Positions 51,780-62,600 of a stretch of DNA of 64,000 bases are shown here, piece after piece. Source of the stretch: Phaeosaccion multiseriatum (Eukaryota > Protista > Ochrophyta, other classes); contig OZ218950.1 in assembly GCA_965112735.1 (NCBI GenBank), positions 930,001-994,000 on the forward strand, written 5' to 3'. How positions within the stretch are numbered: the first letter of the stretch is position 1; each line of letters opens with the position of its first letter. The position numbers and the translations under genes are program-made. Under the pieces are notes generated by a model. It was not told where the DNA came from and made no database searches. It worked only from the letters and a program-made list of their open reading frames with translations.

Positions 51780-54700
51780 TCAGGCTCTCGGCCCCGCCAC
51801 TGGCGGCATGATCTTGGCCTCTGCCCCCCCCCCCTCCCCCGCCTTCGTCTTGCCCGACGACACCGAAGACGACGCTGCTCCTGCTGCTCCTGCCCCCTTC
51901 TCCTCATTCTCGGCCGAGTCGCGGCGGAGGATGGCAGCTTGCGCGGCGGCAATACGGGCAATCGGCACCCGCAGCGGCGAGCAAGACACGTAGTTGAAGC
52001 CCGCTCCGTCGAAGAAGGTCACCGAAGTCGGCTCTCCCCCGTGCTCTCCACAAATGCCCAAGGTGATGTTGGGATCCACCGCCCTCGCCTTCTCCACCGC
52101 TGAGGAAGGGAGTGATAGAGGGAGAGCGAGAGAGTCAATGAGTGAGTGCGTGAGTATGCGGTGAGTATGCGAGTGAGTGGGTGAGCGAGTGCGTAAGCGA
52201 GTGAGCATGTGAATGTGTGAGCAAGGGAGTGAGTGCGTGAGCGAGTGAGTGTGTGAGCGCTGTAGCTCCCTCCCCCCCCAGTACCCTCAGCAACTCCACC
52301 ATAAACACCGCACCGATCTTGATGAGCTGCCCCACCCCCCGCTGGTCGAGCACTGAGAAGGGATCCACCGCAAGGACTCCGTTGTCGACGTAACTGCCCA
52401 GGAACTTGGGGATGTCGTCTCGGGAGAAGCCCCACGTGGTTTGGGTGAGGTCGTTGGTGCCGAAGCTCATGAAGGAGACTCCTGCCTTGGTCAGAGTGTC
52501 GGCCATCAAACAGGCTCGGGGTAGCTCGATCTGTAGTGGGAGAGGGAAGAAGGGGGGGAGGGAGGGACGGACGGAGGGACGGAGGGAGGGCAGGAGGGCA
52601 TCAGCATTAGGATGAAGGGAGGGAGGGCATCCGCTGATACACACACACGCACACACACACACACACGCACACGCACACACGCACACGCACACACGCACAC
52701 GCACACATGCCCACGCACCATGGTACCAAGCTCATAGTCGACTCGCTCGCCCTTCTCCTCGAACACCTTCTCCATCTCCGCCTTGAGCTGCGGCAGTATG
52801 AGCTTGAGCTCCTTCTCCGTGGACACCACTGGCACCATAATCTCGGGCTTGGGTGACAGCCCCTGCTGCTTCAGAGTCACGGCCGCAGCAGCGATGGCGC
52901 GGACCTGGTTTCGTTCAAAAAAACGAAACGAACACAAAACACATGAGTCCTTGCGCGCGTACGTGCATGGGTGAGTATGGCTGCTTTGCCACACGCTCTT
53001 GACTTGCGCACGCACCTGCATGAGACTGATCTCCGGGTATACCACCGAAAGACGGCAGCCACGGAAGCCCAGCATGGGGTTAACCTCCTCAAGACCGTTC
53101 GCCACGTCCTTCACCACCTGCGACACACATGCACACACACGTAAATACACACACCCAGGTCGGATCAAAGGTTTTTGAACGATGCCTCTCTGCCTCCTCC
53201 TTGGTTTTGACTGCGGGCTGCCTTCCCTCCGCTCCACTCCAATCCCCTCCCCTCCTCCCCCCCCCCCTTCCCTTCTCTTCCCTCCCCTCCACTCACCTCC
53301 AAGTCCTTTCCACTGAGCTCCGCGAGCCTCTGCATGGCCTCGTCCCCCTTGGGGAGGAACTCATGAAGGGGGGGGTCCAACAGACGCACCGTGACGGGCA
53401 GACCGTCCATCTCCTTGAGCAGGCCCGTCATGTCGTCCCTCTGGAACACTTCGAGCTGGGCAAGGTGCTTGAGCCTCTCCTCCTTGCTCTGGGACATGAT
53501 CATCATGCGCATCACGTCGATGCGGGAGGGATCGAAGAACATGTGCTCCGTGCGGCAGAGGCCAATGCCCTCGGCACCTACAGAGACAGATAGAGAGTGT
53601 GTGAGAGAGTGTGATGGGAGAGAGAGAAAGAGAGCACCACGCATATGCCAAGTAGCAGAGGAAAGGCAGTGAAGTCAGGATAGATACGCCCACTTAAATC
53701 AATCATTGCATTGCTCGGCTGGGTTGAGTGCGTTGGTTCTTCACTACGTACTCACCCCAGTCGTGAGCAACCTTGGCGTCTTCCGGGGTATCTGCATTGG
53801 CCATGACGCGAAGATCGCGGAAGGAGTCCGCCCACTCCAGGATCTGCTGGAAGCGCTGGTCCGAGGCAGAGTCCACCCTCGGGACCTCGCCCTTGAGTAC
53901 CATCCCGCGAGCGCCATCAATGGTTATAACGTCGCCCTCCCTCAGTATCTGCTCTCCGCCTCGGCAAGTCACCGTGCCTCCCTCCACGTCCACGCTAATC
54001 TCGCCGCAGCCGGACACGCAAGCCGTGCCCATACCTCGGGCTACGACGGCGGCGTGGGAGGTCATACCGCCGAGCTGAGTGAGGATGCCCTGCGAGAGCA
54101 GACAGGGGCGAGGGAGAAGGGTGGTGAGGGGGGGGAGTGATGGTAAGCAAGGCGAGGCGCAGAGGGGTGAATGCGGCGAGTGAGGGAGAGAGGAAGGGAA
54201 GGGAAGGGAAGCGGGAGGGAGGGAAATGATGAACTCAGGCGCAAGGTGCCGCTCATGGAGCGCTCCTCCGGGCTCACCTGTGCGGCCTTCATGCCGTGGA
54301 TGTCCTCCGGAGTCGTCTCCTTCCTAACCAGAATCACCTGAGGGAGCGAGCGAGCGAGACGCAGGAGAGAAGGAAGGAAGGAAGGAAAATGAAGCGAGTC
54401 GAAAAAAGTGCACGAGCAAGATGAAGGAAAGCAGCGAGACGCACCCACTCACGCACCCACGCACCCACGCACCCACCCACGCACGCACCCACGCACGCAC
54501 GCACCCACGCACCCACCTTCTTGCCCTGCTTGGCTAGCTCCTCTGCTCCGTCCGGAGTGAGCACCACCTGCCCCGTGGCGGCTCCGGGACTTGCAGGCAG
54601 GCCCTTACCCAGCACCTCGTACTTGTCCTTGTCCTTGCCAAACACCTGGGGATCGACTGAGGAGTGGAGGAAGAAGTCCATCTGGCTGGCCCCGCAGCGA

Positions 54701-57227
54701 GACACGGCTTCCTTGGTGGAGATGAGGCCCTCCTCGACCATGTCACATGCCATTCGGACCGCTCCCTGGGGGCATGATATCATGATGCATATGCGACAGG
54801 GGGTTTTGCGACAGCGGATGGAACGACACGTCTCGTTAGCTTATGCACGCCGCGCATGCACACATGCATTGCATTCACGCAGTTGCATGAGGCTACCTCT
54901 ACCCCCCTCCTCGGCGTGATGCTTCGGTTCCTTCCTTCCTTCCTTCCTTCCTTCCTTCCTTCCTTCCTTTTGCTCTTAATCTTACCTGGGCGGTGCGCTT
55001 TCCGTTGCGGCACTGCAGCATGAAGAGTTTGCTGTTCTCGATGGTGAACTCCAGATCCTGCATGTCTCGGTAGTGCAGTTCCAGCTTTTGAGAGAATCGT
55101 GGGGGCGTATGGGGAGGGAGGAAGGGAGGGGGGTAAGGCATTGCGAGTGAGTAGGCAGCGAATCCGAGCCACTTAGAGAGATGTACACACAGACAAAAGA
55201 GAGGGAGAGAGAGCACTGACCTTCCTCTGGTAGCCGTCGAGCTCCTCGTAAATGTCGGGCCAGATGCGCTGCAGCTCTGAGAGGGGCTTAGGGGTGCGGA
55301 TGCCTGCCACCACGTCCTCTCCCTCTGCGTTCTCCAGGAACTCCCCGAAGAAGACCTATGCGACGTCGACATTTGTTGCAGCAGGATAGAGGCACATCGG
55401 CAGATAGACAAGAGGCAGAGGGAAGATGAGGCGAACGCGTGGTCCCACCACACGCACAGACAAGGCAGACAGACTCTTCCAACAACCCCAAAACTCACAT
55501 TCTCTCCCGTGGCAGGGTTCCTCGTAAAGGCCACCCCTGTGCCGCTCTCCTCATTCAAGTTGCCAAAGACCATGCTCTGTACATTGACGGCGGTGCCCCA
55601 GCTCTCGGGGATGTTGTTGTAGGCTCGGTAGCGCACCGCACGGGCATTGTACCAGCTGCGAAAGACGGCCTCGATGGACATCCACAGCTGCTCGAACGGG
55701 TTCTCGGGGACGTTGGGGTTGATCTGTCGGAAGGAGGCAAGCAGCTCTTCGAGATTCTCGGCGGTGAGGGAGGTATCGTCTTCGACGCCCTCGCGTTCCT
55801 TCAGCTCGGAGATGGCCTGTGATGGAGGGTGGGGTGACGGGGCAGGGCAAGGTGGGGGCAGGCGAGAGTGAGGGCAGGACAGGGCAGGGGCAGAGAAGGG
55901 CAGAGTGTAGGCAGAGCACCGTATCGAGAAGGGTGGAGGTAAGAAGGAAGAGTAGACAAGGCATGACGCAGCCTGCCCTGGGCAGTCGGGCGGGCGGCAG
56001 TAGAGACGTTGCATGGGTCAAGGGCGCGCAGGGTTTCTGACGGGCAATTTGCGTGTCACACCTTTTCGAAGAGCGCTCCGTCGATGCCCATGACCACATT
56101 GGAGAACATCTGGATGAAGCGCCTGTGATAGAGGCGGAGATAGGCAGAGAGAGGGAGGCAGGTGGGCGGGTGTCGGCATGTTGGGGGACGACGGGCGGTA
56201 TGGAAGGAGGGGGAGGGGGATGGCGTACCTGTGCGTGTCGAACGCCCATCTGGCATTTCCCGTGCGCTGAATCATGGCGTTGCGAATGTCGTCGTTCAGT
56301 CCAAGATTCAAGACAGTGTCCATCATCTGATTCGGCATAGCGAGCGCGTGTGAGACAGGGGGAGTGGGAAAGTGAGAGGGAGAGAGAGTGAGTGAGTGAG
56401 TGAATGAGTCGAAGTGAGTAAGGGAGGGAGGGACGGGGAGTGAAAAAAAAGAGGGAGTGAGTGAGGAAGGGAGCAGAAGGCCAGGCTTGGGGTGGAACCA
56501 AGGCCCCAGGGGCTAGTGTGACTTACTCCGGGCATGCTGGCGGGGGCTCCGCTGCGAACGGAGAGGAGCAAGGGGTCGGGGTCGTGAGGCACGCCAAAGT
56601 GCTTACACATCTCCAGCTCCACTTGATGCAGGGCAGTCTTGATGGACTTGCGCAGCTCCGTGGGCAGCTCTTTCGTCTCGAAGAAGTCCTTGCAGCACTG
56701 TGGTCACGATGAGCAAGGAAACGCACAAGATTCAAGAGTAGATGGGGACCCAAGGATTAGAGGGTAGGGTGGGGGGGAACAAACTTCAACAATGAAGAGA
56801 AGAATAAACAAACCTGCGTGGAGATAACGAAGCCCGCTGGAACCGGCAAGCCCAGATTGGTCATCTCGCAGAGATTGGCTCCCTTGCCTCCGAGGAGCAT
56901 CTTCAGGTCCTTGCTCCCCTCCTTGAAAAGGAAGACCTGCTTCCCTTCTTCCACGCTGGGTGTGGCTTCATCGTGTTCTGTAGCTGCGGGAGAACAGGGT
57001 AAACGGGAGAGCAAGCCAAGTCAGAGCAAGCTCAGTTTGGCGTTGGCGCATTGGTCCCACAGGTCCCACACTTGAAGAAGAGCAAGACCCGTTCAGGTCC
57101 GGGAGAAAAAAGTCTTGCCTTGTTGAGTCTTGTGATGAGGCGTCTCGTGCAAGTGCTCCTTCTCGCGGGAGGCGTGGTCGCTGTCATCTTGAGCAACGCT
57201 GAAGCGGCGGTGCAGTATCTTCATCAT
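51780..57227 (-). CDS. PPDK: Pyruvate, phosphate dikinase, multi-exon
   Basis: [27 protein letters not shown]|[40 protein letters not shown] (phospho-His), [51 protein letters not shown]. Confidence 0.97.
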
Positions 57228-57528
57228 GTTTGGATGGCTTGAATGGGGGGGAAAAAAGTGGGAACAAACATCGTAGAGCCAGTGTTCCATCCGCTGCCAT
57301 CCAGTTTGAGTTTCAGCTAGTGAAGGAGGCCATGGGCTGCTCCACCCTCTTCCAATACGGTCTCTCGCGGCACCGCAGCGGCTACGCGCCACGGGGCAGC
57401 AGCAGTAGCACCACACCAGGAGGCCTGGGTTACGCTGGAAGGCGCGTGGAGCGCCGGTCTAGGGCTACTTTGGGATCTTTGCGGAGCCCCCGCATAATTC
57501 CAACAGGCTTCCCCCACCTCTCACAAGT

Positions 57529-57738
57529 ATGGCTCCAGGCTGGGATTGCAAGCTCCATGCTCGGAACTTCCTTGAGTGCATGCGAGACCAGGAGTGCATG
57601 AAGAGCGGGAAGAAGCTGAAGGAGTGCGCGCAGACGGAGGACGTGACGCAGTGCCAGGTGGAGCGCATGGCCTACTTTGATTGTCGGAGAGGAATGATGG
57701 ATCCCCGCTCGAGGATAAGGGGGAACCGCCACGGATAA
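57529..57738 (+). CDS. COA5: Cytochrome c oxidase assembly factor 5 (PET191/COA5)
   Basis: 69 aa with three Cx9C pairs and C-terminal YFDCRRGMMDPRSRIRGNRHG, typical of PET191/COA5. Confidence 0.85.
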   Translation: MAPGWDCKLHARNFLECMRDQECMKSGKKLKECAQTEDVTQCQVERMAYFDCRRGMMDPRSRIRGNRHG

Positions 57739-58419
57739 AGCGTATGGGGTGATGCTATCGAGGAGACTGAGAGAGAAGAGAGAGAAGGTGAGAGAGACGT
57801 TGAAGAGATGGGGGGAGAGATGGGGAGAGGAGAGAGAAGGTAATCCCGGGCGGAGAGGCATACGGGGCGGCCCTAAGCAGGGGGCATGCGCCATAGGCTC
57901 CGCTGCCTCCGCCCTCAAGGGGCGGCAGTATAAGCAGGCAGGACTCTCCCTCCCTTGTTTCTAACCCCCCGCCCCCCTTCCCTCAGATACGAGCTGGAGC
58001 TGGCGACGACCTTCTTAAGTCGCATGGGGCATTTGTCATAGTTTCTTGAGTGGTCCTGTCCCCGAGGCAAACTCTGTCCGCTGCAGGACGAGACACGGAG
58101 GGCAGCGGATGAAGGCAGGGAGGGGAGCGTGGAGGGGCTCTTAGGGGGGAAGGTACCGACAAGGCAGAGAGGCAAGGACGAAAAAGAAGAAAAGAACGAA
58201 GAAAAGAAAACAAAGTTCGGGTCCCCATGACCAAGAGAATTGGGTCCGTAGCGAGGGCGCACAGAAGCATGTAGCGGTACGCAAAGGCAACACCATGAGA
58301 GCGAGGGAGCCACTGCCACTGCCGCTGCCGCTGGTGCTGGTGCTGCTGTTGCTGCTGTTGCTGCTGCTGCTACTGCTGCTGTCGGGGTGGGGGGTGCAGA
58401 CTCCTCTGAGGCCTCTCGA

Positions 58420-59064
58420 ATGTTGCTCATGAACCCGCTCTCACGGCAGCTGGTGCACCTTCGAGAGCGGCAGATGAGGCAGAGGGAGAGCGACGACGAG
58501 GCGGCAGCGGCGGAGGACCAACTGTTGCAGGAGCAGCAGAAGAAGAACGGCAACGGCCAAAAGGGCCGCTCTCTGCTGAGGAGACGAAGCAGCAGCAGTA
58601 GTAGCAGGAGCAACAGCGGAGGTACTGGCAGTACTGGTACTGGCGGGAGTGGGAGAGGCAGCATCGACAGCAGCGCTGATGCCAGCAATACCACCAACAG
58701 CAGCAGCTAACAGATGACCAAGCTTGGAGCGGGCGATTTTCATCCGGACACCAAGATGAAGCGCCTCATGATGGAGGGAAGCAACACACAGCAGAGGAGC
58801 GACGGGGCCCAGCGAGGGAGGGACTCCGGGAGGATATCACGTGATTCTTACTCAAAGCTAATGTCATGTAATGTCACTTTCCCAACGATAGCTGAGCTTG
58901 CACAGTGGGAGTATGCGTGCCGGTGCGACCCGAAGCCACAGGGTATGGCCTCCCACATACGTCAGTACCTGCAGCACGCCGCATCCATCAAGGAAGGCGC
59001 CCTCCAGCCACGCAAGGAGGGCAGTACGTGGAAAGCCGAGGGGGGGGGGACAGCTGTTTGGTAG
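58420..59064 (+). CDS. Hypothetical protein or pseudogene (two same-frame ORFs separated by a single TAA)
   Basis: ORFs 58387-58710 and 58714-59064 share a frame; no recognisable domain. Confidence 0.3.
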
Positions 59065-59600
59065 TGTGTGAGGCAAGGCAGTGGCACCCCTTCGCAACCC
59101 TGCTCATTGCAGCTGTCGAACAGCCTAAAAAGTGAGAAAGAAGTGATACATGTGGAGAGGAGAAGGTGCAGGTGTATATTGACGTTGCTAATGCCTTAGA
59201 GTACCTTCCTGACTACCTTGCCCCTCCGACCCTGTGCTCCAACGCCGTAGACGCTCCTAACCCTCCCTCAAACTCCCTCCATGCCACTTCAGGCATATCG
59301 GCGTGTCCGCGTTGACCACGCCTTGAAGTCAACGAAAATAAAAGTAAAGTCTCGGCCGGGGGAAATGGCCGGAACGATGTCCGGAACCTGTTCGCTGCAT
59401 CCGAGGCATTACATCCATCAATTGCAGCAGCATCGCCCTCCTCACTAAAGAAGCGACGGCCTCCAGTCACCTTGGCATTCTGGGGAGGCCATCATTCAAG
59501 AACCGTGGAGCAGCAGGCGCTAGGTTTCTTGCCTCTGTGAATAAGGAACGAGCGAAGAAAAAGGAACAGGGAGAAGAGAGGGGGGGTAGGAAGGGGAGAA

Positions 59601-62600
59601 ATGACATCCCGGGACGTGTTGGTGTCGCTGTTTAATTGCACGGGAGGAGCTCGATGGAACAAGCACAGCGGATGGGACGAATTGGGCACCATTACACCGG
59701 GCAATCATCGACATCATTTGTATGGGGTGAATAAGAAGGGGAGGGAGGGAGTGGGGGGGTGCTATTTAGAAAATGTTACAAGCGTAGTCGAGCTCTATCT
59801 ACAATGGAATGGACTAGAAGGTGAGAGACGTGCTTGTCCTTCACGGTCCTGGCTGATGGGAGTCTAAAGAGACTGCTGCTGCCCTTGTCCACACACAGGC
59901 ACGATACCGGCCGAGCTCGGCGGATTACAAGCACTGACGGTGCTTCACCTTGATGGCAACAAGTTGACAGGTGGGTTACAGGCATGATGCCATCCACATC
60001 TCGTCCCTTCTCCTCGCATGTCCACAGTGCTGAGGGGTTTTTAAGACGTGTTGCTGCTGCCCTTGTCCACACACAGGCACGATACCGGCCGAGCTTGGCC
60101 GATTACAAGCACTGACGACGCTTTGGCTTGGTGGCAACAAGTTGACAGGTGGGTTACAGGCATGATGCCACCCACACCTCGTCCCTTCTCCTCGCGTGTT
60201 CACAGTCCTGAGGGGCTTTTTATGACGTGTTGCTGCTGCTGCCTTTGTCCACACACAGGCACGATACCGGCCGAGCTTGGCCGATTACAAGCACTGACGA
60301 CGCTTTGGCTTGGTGGCAACAAGTTGACAGGTGGGTTACAGGCATGATGCCATCCACACCTCGTCCCTTCTCCTCGCGTGTTCACAGTGCTGAGGGGCGT
60401 CTTAAGACGTGTTGCTGCTGCCCTTGTCCACACACAGGCACGATACCGGCCGAGCTTGGCGGATTACATTCACTGATGGAGCTTGACCTTAATCACAACA
60501 AATTGACAGGTGGGTTTTGACAGACATGATGCCATCCACACCTCGTCCCTTCTCCTCGCGTGTTCACAGTGCTGAGGGGCTTTTTAAGACGTGTTGCTGC
60601 TGCTGCCCTTGTCCACACACAGGCACGATACCGGCCGAGCTTGGCGGATTACATTCACTGATGGAGCTTGACCTTAATCACAACAAATTGACAGGTGGGT
60701 TTTGACAGACATGATGCCATCCACACCTCGTCCCTTCTCCTCGCGTGTTCACAGTGCTGAGGGGCTTTTTAAGACGTGTTGCTGCTGCTGCCCTTGTCCA
60801 CACAAAGGCACGATACCGGCCGAGCTTGGCGGATTACAAGCACTGACGGTGCTTTGCCTTTCTGACAACAAGCTGACAGGTGGGTTTTTTTAGGGCATGA
60901 TGCCATCCACACCTCGTCCCTTCTCCTCGCGTGTTCACAGTGCTGAGGGGCTTTTTAAGACGTGTTGCTGCTGCCCTTGTCCACACACAGGCACGATACC
61001 GGCTGAGCTTGGCCGATTACAAGCACTGACGGAGCTTCACCTTAATGACAACAAGTTGACAGGTGGATTACAGGCATGATGCCATCCACACCTCGTCCCT
61101 TCTCCTCGCGTGTTCACAGTCCTGAGGGGCTTCTTAAGACGTGTTGCTGCCTCCCTTGTCCACACGCAGACACGATACCGGCCGAGCTTGGCGGATTACA
61201 AGCACTGACGGTGCTTAGTCTCCACAGCAACGAGTTGACAGGTGGGTTACAGGCATGATGCCATCCACACCTCGTCCCTTCTCCTCGCGTGTTCACAGTC
61301 CTGAGGGGCTTCTTAAGACGTGTTGCTGCTTCCCTTGTCCACACGCAGACACGATACCGGCCGAGCTTGGCGGATTACAAGAACTGACGGTGCTTAGTCT
61401 CCACAGCAACGAGTTGACAGGTGGGTTACAGGCATGATGCCATCCACACCTCGTCCCTTCTCCTCGCGTGTTCACAGTCCTGAGGGGCTTCTTAAGACAT
61501 GTTGCTGCTGCCCTTGTCCACACACAGGCACGATACCGGCTGAGCTTGGCCGATTACAAGCACTGACGGAGCTTCACCTTAATGACAACAAGTTGACAGG
61601 TGGATTACAGGCATGATGCCATCCACACCTCGTCCCTTCTCCTCGCGTGTTCACAGTCCTGAGGGGCTTCTTAAGACGTGTTGCTGCTGCCCTTGTCCAC
61701 ACACAGGCACGATACCGGCCGAGCTTGGCGGATTACAAGAACTGACGGTGCTTAGTCTCCACAGCAACGAGTTGACAGGTGGGTTACAGGCATGATGCCA
61801 TCCACACCTCGTCCCTTCTCTTCGCGTGTTCACAGTCCTGAGGGGCTTTTTAAGACGTGTTGGTGCTGTCCTTGTCCACACACAGGAACGATACCGGCCG
61901 AGCTTGGCGGATTACAAGCACTGACGGTGCTTCGGCTTGATGGTAACAAGTTGACAGGTGGGTTTTTACAGGCATGATGCCATCCACACCTCGTCCCTTC
62001 TCCTCGCGTGTTCACAGTGCTGAGGGGCTTTTTAAGAATTATTGCTGCTGCCCTTGTCCACACACAGGCACGATACCGGCCGAGCTTGGCGGATTACAAG
62101 AACTGACGGTGCTTAGTCTCCACAGCAACGAGTTGACAGGTGGGTTACAGGCATGATGCCATCCACACCTCGTCCCTTCTCTTCGCGTGTTCACAGTCCT
62201 GAGGGGCTTTTTAAGACGTGTTGGTGCTGTCCTTGTCCACACACAGGCACGATACCGGCCGAGCTTGGCGGATTACAAGCACTGACGACCCTTAGCCTTT
62301 TTGGCAACGAGTTGACAGGTGGGTTTTTACAGGCATGATGCCATCCACAGCTCGTCCCTTCTCCTCCCGAGTTCACAGTGCTGAGGGGCGTCTTAAGACG
62401 TGTTGCTGCTGCCCTTGTCCACACACAGGCACGATACCGGCCGAGCTTGGCGGATTACAAGCACTGACGATCCTTAGCCTTTATGGCAACGAGTTGACAG
62501 GTGGGTTTTTACAGGCATGATGCCATCCACAGCTCGTCCCTTCTCCTCCCGAGTTCACAGTGCTGAGGGGCTTTCTTAAGAGGTGTTGCTGCTGTCCTTG

